DNA of 64,000 nt from Felis catus (GCF_018350175.1 NC_058368.1:174718001-174782000), one strand, 5' to 3'. Counted from the stretch's first letter, positions 1 through 11,331 are shown. Made by a program: numbers and translations. The notes: a model not told the origin generated them from the letters alone.

Positions 1-435
1 CAAACGAAGAGGCTGGAGAACATTAAGAATTTTTCCCAGTTCTAAAGTTCTAAAGTTCCCTGAAAAAAAATATTCTGAAATATTACGTAATGTATTCTGA
101 AGTCAAAGAACAAAAGTCTTTGTTTAGCAGCTACTGTTCTGGAAGCTCCATGCCTCGGTACCCTCTCTGGTCCCCCAACTACCTGAGGTTGCCCATACAG
201 ATCACATGCCGTTGAGACAAAAACAAGATGCCCAGCTCTAGGGTGACAACAAAACACTGCAGTGTCCCCCCAACCCCCACCAGGGCACGTGTGACCCCGC
301 TGTCTTCTCCTTGCCAGATGTGGAGACGAATGTCTTCATCTGGGGAAAATTTTATAATTGCCCAAGATGACTATTATACTTTTTTTTTTTTTCAGAAACA
401 CGGGTTCATTTTTAGAAAAGGCAAAATAAAAAAAG

Positions 436-445
436 ATTGCGTAAT
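436..445. promoter_or_regulatory. C/EBP / PAR-bZIP motif
   Basis: ATTGCGTAAT, one base off the C/EBP palindrome ATTGCGCAAT, in unique sequence near the candidate promoter. Motif match only. Confidence 0.35.
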
Positions 446-703
446 GGTTAAGTGGAAATTCACAAGCAGGCGGGCAGGCAGCACAAGTGTCGGCTGCCCA
501 TTTCTGCCACAGAAGAGAGGGATGAATTCCAGCTTAAATACTAGTCTGATTATGCTTCCAGATGGGAGATCACTTTTATGGAGTTTAATCTAATTTTTAA
601 AACAAACTGTGTGTCAAATAAATATTTCCAGAGATGTCATTAAAAAGAGCAAAGCTAAAAGGCTGAGCCGAGGGAAACAAAGTTGACGGAGTATCGAACT
701 TAC

Positions 704-830
704 AAGGAATGACGCGAGCCGAGGTTACTCAGTAGTCAGAGGGAAAGGAAAAAAACGAAGACCCGAGAAAGATCTCGAGCCCCTGGGGGTTTCTCCTTAA
801 ATTGCACCTTCCTTGCCAGGATCTGGGCCT
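704..830 (-). other. Candidate non-coding first exon (5' end uncertain)
   Basis: ACTTAC at 698-703 reads CTT|GTAAGT on the minus strand (perfect +1..+6 donor, non-consensus -1). It lies just downstream of a GC-box/ETS-rich segment. No convincing start codon. Confidence 0.35.
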
Positions 831-1150
831 TCCTCTCCCCTCCAACCTTTTCCCGCTCTTGGCTCCTCCCCCTGCTCCTCTCCCCTCCCCCGCCTCCTCC
901 CCCACCAAGGGGACTTCCTGACCTCCGTTTTCCCAACGCTGCTGTTTTTTCTCCACCACCCGCCCCCCTCCTTTGAAAGGGCCCCTATCACTGCCCTTGC
1001 TCCAGTTTTCATTCCCGAGTGTGTGAGTTACGATGGAGGAAGTGAGGGAGCCCGATTAAGAACTCAGGTCTGAGATCCTTGCAAGCAACGGGGGAGGGAG
1101 ACTTCCCCCCAAGGAGGGTGAAGGCCAGGTCTTAGCTTGGATTCCCCCTG
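780..1150. promoter_or_regulatory. Candidate TATA-less promoter or strong enhancer
   Basis: C-rich tract 828-970 with GC boxes (CCCCCGCC 887-894, CCCGCCCC from 959), ETS cores ACTTCCTG 913-920 and GAGGAAGT 1036-1043, kappaB-type GGGGACTTCC 909-918 plus near matches at about 1096 and 1139. No repeats recognised. Confidence 0.5.
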
Positions 1151-2639
1151 ATGCAGGCCCTGAGGGGAGGACGTGGGTGCAAGCTGTTAATTCGGGAGGT
1201 GAAGGGAAATGCTGGTTGGGGGTGAGGAGGGGAGACCAGAGGAAGACAGCCGATTAAAGAGTGCGTTGCTGAACAGGTTAATGCTGGAGGTGACTGGTGC
1301 CTTATAGTGCCAGAGAGCTTCCAGGGTGTCAGAAGGACACAGCTGCCCCAGGGTGGACCGGCTGAGGCACTACCCAACTCCCATCGGGCTTTGGCCGAGA
1401 GCTGATCCTAGAGGCCTAAGTTTCCTGAGCCGCAGCAGCCTTAGCCTCAGTGCCTACCACGTGACTCGGTTCAGCAAATGTATAAATGAACACTTGTTGG
1501 ATACATGTACAAAGTGTTACAGGAAATACAGAACAGAGAGCAACTATTTCTCCCAATACTTTTGCCACAGAACCTGGCTCAGGTTTTGCCTATCCCTTTC
1601 CTTCCCAAGCGGACTGAATTCCCAGCCTCCTTCGCGGGTAGGAGGGGCCACGTGACTGGGTCGTGGCCAGTGGGATGGTCACAAGGACGTCACCACCTCC
1701 AGGCCCTGGTCCACTCGACTTCCCAAGCGCAGTCCTCCGGACCTTCTCACCTGTGTGTGGGAGAGAGCCCCACGGCCCTGGGGAAAAGGCTCGGCCAAAA
1801 GACGGAAATCCTGGGTCACTGAGACTGTTACTTGTGGGAGAACTGCCTTGGAGAACAACATCACCAGGAACATCATGTTAGACGTTTGTTGATAAAGAAA
1901 TAGACTTTCATTGGGACAGGCTCCGGGGCTTTTGGAACTGTTCGTTATGGTGGCTAGCCCGCCGGGATTCAGTGAGAGCTCAGCAAATATCTGTGAGTGA
2001 ACAGTTGGACAGGTGAATGGCTGTTAATTGGAAGAGATGGTCTAGTTCACTCTGCTCGAAGTGGACAGTGCTGGGGGGGGGGGGGGGAAGCCTGAAAACA
2101 GTGGGTCCCATGAACAGCCAATTTTATGGCATTCTCAGGGACGCCCAAAGCCAGCCGTGCTGTCGGCCCAGCGAGCAGGACCCGTCTTATTTAAATTTTC
2201 TCTTGCAGAAGTACGAGTCTATTTCTCTTTGTCCTATTCCCAATAAAATGGAAGAGACTTGGCCTCCTGCCTGCGTAAAGTCACCTCTCAGACACTTGAT
2301 GGTTATTACGTCACCTTCCCCTCTCGTAAGTTCTCGATTCATCTGATGAATCGGTTCGGACACTCGCTTCGCAATTTCGGCCCTTTGGACAATGAAGCAG
2401 CCTTGCGAGGGAATCAGCACTGCGGGAGAACTGGTCGCTGGGGCCAGGTCTATGCCAAGTGAGCGGTTTCTTCCAGAGCCGGCCCGCCGATCACTCTCCT
2501 CTTCCGTGCCTCCTCCTTGAACAAGGGAGGCTAAGGCAGCAGCAGCCCAGAGATTTCCAAGTGGAAGAATAGGGAAGAAAGTATCAGACACTGACTTGGT
2601 GCCGGGTCCTTCCGTCATGTTCTCCGTCTTAGTTGAGTC

Positions 2640-2780
2640 TGGCAACAATCCCATGAGTACGTATCATGATTTCCGCTTCACAGAGAGGGAAACTGAGGCA
2701 GAAATAGATTAGGTGACGCCACATGGAAGAGGTCAAATAGATGATGTGTTGTGGGAGCCACAGTCGGAACCCAGTGCTGT
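2640..2780 (-). mobile_element. MIR SINE remnant
   Basis: ACAGAGAGGGAAACTGAGGCA is the reverse complement of the MIR core. Confidence 0.65.
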
Positions 2781-2827
2781 TCATTTCTACCGTGACATTT
2801 GGTCCTGGTGCCTTGAGCCACGTACTT

Positions 2828-3229
2828 ACTATCGTGTGTTGAATTGTGCCCCTGAAAGAGACGTTGGAGCCCTAACCTCCAGGATCTGTGAATGCAAGCT
2901 TATCTGAAGATAAAGTCTTTGCACATGGTCAAGTTTAGATCAAGTTGAGGTTTGAGGATGGGCCCTAATTCAATATGACTGGCAGAAAACGGTGATGTCT
3001 GGACGCAGGCATTCCCAGAGGGAAGACCATGCGAAGGCAGGGTGATCGTTGAGGCGAGCAGAGAAAGCGACAGAACGGATCGTCTCCCACAGCCCTCAGA
3101 AGGGAGCAGCCCCGTCCAGACCTCGATTTCAGACTTCCAGACTCCAGCACCACGAGACAACAAATTTCTCTTCTCAGAGCCACCCAATTTGTGGTACTTT
3201 GTTACGGCAGCCCCAGGAAGCGAATACAC
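2828..3229 (+). mobile_element. MLT1 (B/C-like) MaLR solo LTR
   Basis: Typical MLT1 start (TTGAATTGTGCCCC...GGAGCCCTAACC...TGTGAATG) and end (ACAAATTTCT...AGCCACCCAATTTGTGGTACTTTGTTACGGCAGCCCCAGGAAGCGAATACA). Confidence 0.9.
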
Positions 3230-3234
3230 GGACC

Positions 3235-3360
3235 ACCTTGGAGTCCCAACTTTCTCATCTGTAAAGTGGGAAAATGACCCCTTGGAACATTTCGGGGTCC
3301 GTTGGTGAGATCATGCGTTTACCCCCACCAAGCAGGACTCTGTAAACAGCCCACTTATTA
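3235..3360 (+). mobile_element. MIR remnant
   Basis: CTTTCTCATCTGTAAAGTGGGAAAATGA MIR core. Confidence 0.55.
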
Positions 3361-4404
3361 TGAACATTATTCTGGAGGAAAAATGCCTCCATGACGCTGC
3401 AGAAAAGCTCCCAGCGGTTTCATTCCACCCCTCACTCCCACTCCCTTCCTCATTTTCTTACTCTTGGGAGGCTGCCTCATTTTCTGGGACGTTTCTTTAA
3501 TAACGCGGTAGTGATCAACCAACCAAATGAATAGAATGTCATTTATCTTCTAGGACTGTGTGAGCAATCAAAGAAAGCATCTCTGTTAAAGTTCTTAGCG
3601 AGGGGTCCAGTTCTGTTCAGCTGTGAGGGGACGTGATCGTTTGACGTGAGGAAATGTTTATGAAGCTGTGACCCAAGTGTCCAGTCTCCAAACGCGGTCT
3701 CAGTCCAACGGGCATGGTCTGGCAACCAAAATCATTGTCAGTATAACTCAAGTCCTTTCTTGTGTTTGTCCAGTGCAGTGGCGGTGAGTAGGGAAAGGGT
3801 TAACGTTAGGCAGGGGGGAGAAAAGGGACCCTCCCAAGGCAGGCGGCAGCTGCTAGAAGGAGGCTGAAGCCTGGGGGGTTTGGGGGAAAAAAAGGATAAA
3901 CGTATTCCAGACCCGCCTGGGTCTGGAGGTCTAGGTGCCATGGGTGGAGTCTCACAAACTTGCCAATAAGGTTCCAATAAAAAGTCAGGGACAAAAAAAT
4001 CCTTGGCATCTGCTCAGTCAGGACCCCTCTCGCTCTTGAGAGCTTTATACTTTCCCTCAATAATCTCTACCACCTTGCTTACTCTCTGTCGTCCGCGAGA
4101 TTCATTCTTCGACTCTGCGAGACCAGGACCAGGGAGCGTCTCTCCCACCCTTCTGTAACAGCAGCAGCTTCCAAAGTGTCCTCTCTGTCCCCATGTGCCA
4201 CAGTTTGCCCCCTGGCTTCCGGCTCCCAACGTCTCCAAAAAACACCTCCTTCTTCTGCCTCTTTCCATTCCATTTTTTTTTTTTTGTCTCCCCTGCCCCC
4301 TTTCCTCCCCATCCATGTTCTGTTTACCCTTCCCTGCTTTGCGTATGATAGAAATCAAACCATAGGGCAAAGTTGGAAGAGGGGAGGAAGCCACCGCTCT
4401 CTTT

Positions 4405-4633
4405 TTTTTTTTTTTAAATATTTTTTTTTTCAACGTTTATTTATTTTTGGGACAGAGAGAGACAGAGCATGAACGGGGGAGGGGCAGAGAGAGAGGGAGA
4501 CACAGAATTGGAAACAGGCTCCAGGCTCTGAGCCATCAGCCCAGAGCCTGACGCGGGGCTCGAACTCACGGACCGCGAGATCGTGACCTGGCTGAAGTCG
4601 GACGCTTAACCGACTGCGCCACCCAGGCGCCCC
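4405..4633 (-). mobile_element. SINEC_Fc CAN-SINE, young type
   Basis: tRNA-like head, (CT)n, A-rich tail; perfect TSD GCCACCGCTCTCTTT (4390-4404 / 4634-4648). Confidence 0.97.
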
Positions 4634-4769
4634 GCCACCGCTCTCTTTAGTGGCAGGGGGAAGAGGGAACACCCACCGAGGACACTGGTGTGTTAATCCC
4701 CTCCCACTCCAGGGAGGGGGAGGGCAGGGCTGATTCCATAAAAGGACAATGTCAAAGGCACAGTCAGTA

Positions 4770-4965
4770 TGATCTGAATTTAAATCCCCAATCTGGCAAA
4801 TGCTAGCTGGGCCTGGTACTTAACTTCTTGAACCTCTGACCGCTTATCTGCAAAATGCGGATCCAAACGCACATTTCACAGGGTATACCCAGGATTAAAT
4901 GAGATCACAAATGCCAATCACTTGACGGTATCTCACCGCAGTAGACACATGGTCACTATTAATAA
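4770..4965 (+). mobile_element. MIR remnant
   Basis: TACTTAACTTCTTGAACCTC...CTTATCTGCAAAATG...AGGATTAAATGAGATCA. Confidence 0.7.
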
Positions 4966-5400
4966 TAGCCACCCATTTGTTAAACAAGCTTGATTCGGGG
5001 GATAATGGCAGAAGGCAAACTGAGTTTTATTGGTGGTGTCCCTTTAAATTTACCCTTTAAGGCATACATGTATGCCCCTGGAGGAAATTCAGGACACGCT
5101 CCAAGGCTCAATCTGGTCATTCTGAGATCATACAATTCCTTAAATCAATCTGATTGCCCAAACCATCTTAGTGCGGTAATAAAATGGCTGCTGTGGGTTA
5201 GCAGTCATCACGTCTCCCTCCTCTCTGGCAGGCTAGCCACCTCCAATGAAAATGAAAGGACAGGTTTCCTTCCTCTTAGCTGTTGTATGCTGCTGTCCCT
5301 TCCTGGCCTGGTCAGTCTAGGCCATGCTCCTCTAGGATGGGACCTAGTAGAGGAGGAAAGAGCAAGAAAGGTTTTACTTGACCAGAAAAGTCATGCGTTG

Positions 5401-5558
5401 GGGGCGCCTGGGTGGCTCGGTCGGTTGCGTCCAACTCTTGGTCTCGGCTCACGTCATGTCCCCAAGGTTGTGGGTTCGAGCCCCACGTTGGGCTCTGTGC
5501 TGACAGTGTGGAGCCTGTTTGGGATTCTCTGTCTCTCAAACATAAATAAACTTAAAAA
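5401..5558 (+). mobile_element. CAN-SINE, older, most of the CT tract deleted
   Basis: GGGGCGCCTGGGTGGCTCGGTCGGTT head; TSD AAAAGTCATG(C/T)GTT. Confidence 0.92.
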
Positions 5559-5949
5559 AAAAGTCATGTGTTGGCTGCTGACTCAGTTCTGCAGAAGCCG
5601 GTCCCCCCACCCCTGATGCTGGGACTAGGTCTCTCCCCAGGGTCCGAAGACCTTTCGTGACCTTCCTGAGGGATAAGGCCTGGAAGCCTTGGCCTGGCCT
5701 TCAAGAACCCAGCGGGTGGCCCCACACTACACTCCTGGGCTGAACTCCCACCTGTTCCCAACTCCTGTCCGGTGTTGCCTCGACCTGCCTCCTGTTCACA
5801 CTGGAGGCTGCGTATTTGCAAATGTGGGTCCCCCCACCTAGAGCCCACTTTTTCTTCTCTTCTATACCTGGAAAGGGGCAGCCCTTCTGTGAGAAGAGGG
5901 GAAATAAAACACCTTATGACAAAGGAGTTTTTTCACGGGGGTGAAATTA

Positions 5950-6570
5950 TGCAATAAATAATGTTGGGGCAGCTGGCTCACCATTTGAGGAAAATAATAT
6001 TGATGTACAGTTTCTACCTCACATCTCGATGGGTAGGAAATAGTATCTAATTGTGGAAGGTTTTGTTTCTCTTCGGTTACTAGTGAAGCCGAGTGTATTT
6101 CTTACTTATTTACTCTTGGGTTTTCATTTTTGTGACTTGCCGGTGTTTCGTATCAAACCTGGTCAGACTGTTTATTGATTTCTTGCTGACTGGTAAGAGA
6201 TTTGAAATGCTAAGGACATTGGTGCCTGGCTGGCTCAGTCAGTAGAGTAGGCAACTCTTGATCTCGGGGTCGTGAGTTCGAGTCCTGCGTTGAGTGTAGA
6301 GATTACTTAAATAAATATACTTAAAAAATACCTGAAATACTAAGGAAATTAGAGTGTTCCCTGTTTTGTATGGTGTTGACCTTTGCTCTACCCCCGTTTA
6401 TGCATTCTGACTCACAGTATGGTGTAACAAACTACAATTTTCAGCTTAACTAGATCCATTAATGTTTTCCTTCATGGTTTCTGATTTTGATGTGATGCTT
6501 GGGAAGTCCTTACCCAACGCACGGTCATAGAAGTATTTTCCTAAATTCTCATCTTGTACTTTAATTACTT
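5950..6570. mobile_element. Degraded old L1 fragments (mixed orientation)
   Basis: AATAAATAATGTTGGGGCAGCTGG resembles L1 ORF2 (+); the following T-rich segment resembles antisense L1. Confidence 0.5.
6221..6332 (+). mobile_element. Short CAN-SINE (SINEC_c type, tRNA-Lys-like, no CT tract)
   Basis: GCCTGGCTGGCTCAGTCAGTAGAG...CTCTTGATCTCGGGGTCGTGAGTTCGAG...AGAGATTACTTAA; degenerate TSD TGAAAT(G/A)CTAAGGA(C/A)ATT. Confidence 0.9.
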
Positions 6571-6719
6571 GCTCCCTGCTCCCAGTTTTACTGACATATA
6601 ATTGACACAGAACGTCTTTTTTTCTTGGCAGACCCACTTTCTTAGCAAATTTCAAATGTATAACGCAGTGCTGTTAACCACAGTCACCAGGCCGTACCTG
6701 ATATCCCCAAGACCTATTT

Positions 6720-6938
6720 TTTTTTAATTTTTTTAACGTTTTATTTATTTTTGAGACAGAGAGAGACAGAGCATGAACGGGGGAGGGGCAGAGAGAGAGG
6801 GAGACACAGAATCGGAAGCAGGCTCCAGGCTCCGAGCCATCAGCCCAGAGCCCGACGCGGGGCTCGAACCCACGGACCGCGAGATCACGACCTGAGCTGA
6901 AGTCGGCCGCTTAACCGACTGAGCCACCCAGGCGCCCC
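6720..6938 (-). mobile_element. SINEC_Fc CAN-SINE inserted in L1
   Basis: Full SINE structure; TSD CCCAAGACCTATTT. Confidence 0.97.
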
Positions 6939-7196
6939 TCCCAAGACCTATTTATAATTGGAAACGTGTACCCCCTTCACCCATTTTTCCCACCTCTACT
7001 TTCTGCTCCTGGAAACTACTAATGTGTTCTCTGCTTCTATGAGTTTCGTTTCATTTTTTTTTTAGATTTCACATATAAGTGAGATTGTATACTATCGCCT
7101 CTCTCTACATGACTTATTTTACTTGGCATAATGCCCTTAAGGTCCAATCATGTTTTCACAAATGGCAGGATTCCCTTCTTTTTTCATGGCTAAATG

Positions 7197-7222
7197 GTGT
7201 GTGTGTGTGTGTGTGTGTGTGT
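7197..7222. repeat. (GT)n microsatellite
   Basis: About 13 GT units inside the L1. Confidence 0.95.
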
Positions 7223-8214
7223 CCATGTATCTGTTCCTTTGTCCATTCTTTATTTTTTTTCATCTGTTTCTTTATCTATTCATCTGTTGGTGTGCATTTA
7301 GGTTATTTCCATGTCTCAGCTACCGTGAATAAGGCTGTAACGAATGTGGGGATGCAAATACCTCTTTGAGACCCAGATTTCATTTCCGCAGCGTACGCAC
7401 CCAGAGTGAAATGACTGTATCGTAGGGCAATCCTATTTTTAATTTTTTGAAGACCCCCCCCCATACTGTTTCCCACAGTAGCTCCACTGTAATTACTTGC
7501 TTTTGATTATTTAATTCATCAGAGATGACGGTTGGGGTACACAAAACCCTGCCGAGAAAATAATACTCCCCATACACATAGACCCCCATATGTTAACACA
7601 TAGACCCCAGCAGCAGACACAGAAACACAGACCAACTAATGGGACCAGGGTGGCCTCCTTAATCCTAGTCAGGTGGGAAGTTGTAAAATATGAATTCACC
7701 TTCCCTCTCCTATCATCCCTGCCCTCATCCCAGTCCAGAAAGGTTAGATCCAAAGACTGAGCTGTTCGGGAGGCAAACCACCTGTCCATTCCTTGGCTCC
7801 ACAGAGAGAGAAAAGGGACAAGTCAAAGAACCGACTGTGCTCCCCAATCTCATCTTACGGTTCTTTCTTACATCACAGACCTGGCATGAGTTGGGGTGGG
7901 AGGGAATTTCGAATCAGAATTCTACTGGAGTTTGAAGATGGATTGGACTGTGCTTAGTAAAGATAGGTTACAGAGAAATTATGTCCTCTGCCCAGATTCT
8001 CTTGCAGAGATCCCCAGCAGGAAGGGAGGCTTAGAGCATCTTTGAAAAGTGGCACCATTTTATTTGTATCCTTCCATTAATTGGTGTTCTTTTTGAAAAG
8101 AGAGAGAGGGAAAGAGAATACAGTGCAAAATAGCTAGTGTTCCAGATTCCACATGCACACCCCAAACTGTCCACAAAAGAAGGGGGACTTTTTCTGTTTT
8201 CCAGTTATTAAACA

Positions 8215-8400
8215 AAAATACCAGGCCTCACTCTGATTGGACCAGCTTGGATCAGTTACCCACTCCTAAAACAGCCACCGTTGCCAGGAGAAAGCTCTGC
8301 CCTGTTTGCCTTGAGTTGGTTCTTGCCATCTCTGAGTCAATGACTGTGATGAGGAAGACTGCCTTAGTCTAATCAGGGGCCAGGCCTGGAGGAGGGGTAG
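8215..8400 (-). mobile_element. Ancient MLT1J/K/L-like LTR fragment
   Basis: CTCTGATTGGACCAGCTTGGATCAGTTACCCACTCCT followed by a degenerate second copy (TCTGAGTCAATGACTGTG), as recalled for MLT1K/L. Confidence 0.55.
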
Positions 8401-9055
8401 GCTAATGGGGAAAGGGAGGGGCAATAAATAGAATTTTCCCCCAACTTTCCCTCTGGTCAGTAAGGTGTCTTGGCCCCCCCGACTTCATTTTCATTCAGTT
8501 TGCGGCTTGGAGCACATTGTAATTCTAGTTGAAGTTGTTTATTTAATCAGGAGGGAAGTCAGCTGCTTAGGAGCTAATAAGCCAAAGAAACCGTTTCTTT
8601 CCCATTCAGATCCAATAAGCCTGCCAAGGGAAGCTTCTCTGGGTCCTCAGCCCTTTCTCTGCAGCTCAACCCCGCTCTGCTCTGTGCAGGCAGCAGAGTG
8701 ATAATAGTAGCGACTCAAATTTGTAAACTGCTTTGCAATTTTCCGAGTGCTTTCACATCCATTATATGCCATGGAATCCACAAAGGGTGCTGGGGGAGGA
8801 TGCTGGCTTGGGTGCTGCCTGTGGCTTTCATCAACATGTTGTACTGAGGGATGGAGAGAAAGGATTGTGAGCGAGAGGGGCTGGGATGCCAGGGTGTATT
8901 TTTCAAAGAAGAAGAAAACAAAAACAAAAACCAAGGAAACAACGAAAGCGAATGGCCCCATCTCAACTGTATTGGGGATGCAGCGGCCCCGACTAGTTCG
9001 GTGTGAGTCCTTCCAGACTCACATCCACAATCATAAAAGGAATTAACGGACACAG

Positions 9056-9121
9056 TGAAATTCTCATCCTTGTGTTTCTTGTTGATACTGAAATTCTCAT
9101 CCCTGTGTTTCTTGTTGATAC
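9056..9121. repeat. 33-bp tandem duplication
   Basis: TGAAATTCTCATCC(T/C)TGTGTTTCTTGTTGATAC at 9056-9088 and 9089-9121, one mismatch. Confidence 0.97.
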
Positions 9122-9499
9122 TTTGTGAAGACTAGGGATCCCTGTAGCCAGATATTCACCGGGCTTGGTCAATTTCTTCTTCTAGCAAAAGGTAAAAGGG
9201 TCAAACACGTCTCTGGATAGAAACTCTCTTGCTACTTTTTATCCATATTCAGAAGAGGATTTGTGAATGTCACTCGCAGGGCATTTTGGTGTCCCCGACT
9301 CACAGAGAAGAGCTGAGAGATCCATTGGTTGAAGCATTCTGGTGGAAAGGACACACAGCTGGGATCGCACGTGAAGAAGCCTCTGGGTTTACATGCACTG
9401 AGCTCCTATACTTACAATTTGGAGCACAGACCCTGCACCCAATGATTGCCATTGAATGGACCAATATCTTTCCTGCCATGCCATATAAGCCTCTTAATA

Positions 9500-9595
9500 C
9501 AAGCATTATTTAACACTTACTATATACACCAGGCACTGTTCTACGTGCCTTATACGCATCAATTTATTCAGCCCGTACAGCAACCCCATAAAGTG
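9500..9595 (-). mobile_element. MIR 3' remnant
   Basis: ATTTAACACTTACTATATACACCAGGCACTGTTCTACGTGCCTT...CAGCAACCCCATAAAGT. Confidence 0.7.
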
Positions 9596-9672
9596 CTGGC
9601 TCTGTCTGGCTTCAGAGTCCTTGTTCTTAGACATTACACTAGCTGCCTCTGGGGGGAGGCAGGCCACAGTTA

Positions 9673-9865
9673 TAGGGTTCCCAGATTTAGCAAGGAAAAC
9701 ATAAAAGAAATCCACTGAAGTGTGAACTTCAGACAAATAGCACATACATTTTTAGAATAACCATTTCCTATGCAGTATTTGGGATATACTTATGCTAAAA
9801 AAAATTCATTGTTTTTCTGAAATTCAAGTTTAACTGAGTGTCTTATATTTTAACTTGCAACTCTA
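9673..9865. mobile_element. MER53 palindromic hAT-type MITE
   Basis: Ends TAGGGTTCCCAGA and TTGCAACTCTA; internal inverted arms TGAACTTCAGACAAA / TTTTTCTGAAATTCA; centre TTTGGGATATACTTATGCTAAAAAA. Confidence 0.9.
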
Positions 9866-10472
9866 CATAGCCATACGGCTGGGCTTGGGTTGGAGAACAA
9901 GGTAGAGGGACCGCCAGTGCAAGTGGGTTTTGTTGAAAGACCTGCACAACTCACCCTGTACGTTGTAGCACCGTTTTGCAAAGGCCGTAGCCAATCTTCC
10001 TCCTTTCTCTCTTCACAAACACTCGCACAGACACACCCAAGCAAATAACAAGAATGCAGGGCTCCCTGGTAAAAACTGAATTGGCGAATGAAGCACAGGA
10101 CTAAGGCACGAGGTTGCCTGCCTCTTTCCTGTCTCGAAATCTTGCAACCTTCTAATAAACCATGCCTGCAGGTGGAGGGAAAGTGGGCTGGCGGCCAAGG
10201 GGATGGGGAGGGGCTCCCTGCCCCAAATCTACCTGTGTCTCACTGGATGGAGGTCAGCAGACCCAGCTCCAAGAGGCAAGCCCCACAAGGTGCCCTTGAC
10301 TGGGGTGGGGTGGTGGGAGCAGAAGGTAGAACAGCTTTTCTAACGCTAGGTGTCCCAGATCCCTCCTCCCTCCGAGAATAGACCTAAGAGAGGTCTTGAT
10401 CTCTGACCAAACTGGTCCCTTTTCTTTCCTTAGAAGAGCTGGTGTAGGAAGAGAAAGGTAAGGAGTGGAATA

Positions 10473-10946
10473 CAGGTACCTCTGCTTTGTGAAAGTTCCC
10501 TTTGGGCCACTTCGCTTTTAGGAAAGACCTACGTGAGTACCTGTTTTCACTAACCAAAAGAAATCCGAAGAGGAATTTGCTTTTATCCTAACAAGGGAAA
10601 AGCAAAAACAGTGTTCACCGCGAGTTTTGCCTTGAACCATTCCAGACTCAGAGCAGCCCCACCCAGGTCCTTCCCGGGGATCTGCACTCAGCATCTCGAC
10701 ATCAAGCTGCCGTAGCCTTGACCTTGTCTGTGAGCATCTGTGCTCTCTCTCGATTTACTCTGTGCACCTGTCAACAAGATGTGTCCTAAGGTATCCGAAA
10801 AGCCCAAGAAAGGTTATTTTGGGGGGTCTGGGAATGCTCAAAATGTTTTCCGTATGAATTAATGGTGATCGCTTCTCCATTTTATGCCATCCTGGCTTAT
10901 GAAACGTTTCATAGGAACACGCTACTCTCAGATAGCAGGAAACTTG
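10473..10946. mobile_element. Non-autonomous TcMar-Tigger-like DNA transposon
   Basis: Left TA|CAGGTACCTCTGCTTTGTGAAAGT versus right end reverse complement CAAGTTTCCTGCTATCTGAGAGT (imperfect TIRs). Exact family not certain. Confidence 0.7.
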
Positions 10947-11331
10947 TCTACAGAGAAGTGGAATTTCTCTCCCCCAAACCTGCCACTCCTTATCTGATAA
11001 TAAAGCTAATCTCTTACAAGAGCACTTTGCGGTTTACAAAACACTTTCACCTTCACCTGCAAATTGTCTATTGATTTTTGCCTTAAAAGAAAGTACCTTC
11101 TAATGTGGCAGATTTCCCACAGAGCACTCTGAAATGCTCACCTTATGGAATTCGCATCCTATTAACCTGACATCCCTCTAAAAACATGTTTTTCTTCTTC
11201 AAAAATTATGATTGCATATCATTGCCAGCCAGGATTATTTAGACAGCAATTTGCACGTTCATATGTACTCAATTATCCTTTCCTGTGGCTACCAACCCAA
11301 AATGAAGCTCAGAATGATGTATTTTCTCTTT

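Larger units (their letters stand above)
6575..7490 (-). mobile_element. L1 3' end (L1MA9 / L1_Carn-like)
   Basis: Antisense L1 motifs TTAGATTTCACATATAAGTGAGAT, TGACTTATTTTACTTGGCATAATG, CACAAATGGCAGGATTCCCTTCTTTTT, CATTTAGGTTATTTCCATGTCTCAGCTA. Confidence 0.9.

Noticed and set aside
2190..2250. Splice-acceptor-like TTTTCTCTTGCAG followed by AATAAA
   Set aside because: Could be a divergent-transcript terminal exon, but such motifs are frequent and nothing else supports it.
4990..5616. 208-aa ORF
   Set aside because: Non-ATG start, runs through a SINE at 5401-5558, no recognisable domain.
6221..6332. tRNA-Lys-like sequences here and at 14656, 38847 and 44608
   Set aside because: They have SINE-specific 3' extensions and A tails, mostly with TSDs, and are diverged from a tRNA; SINEs rather than tRNA genes.
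6745..6927. Recurrent ORFs such as MAQSVKRPTSAQV... and ...GRGRERGRHRIGNRLQ... at many loci
   Set aside because: Translations of CAN-SINE sequence, not a gene family.
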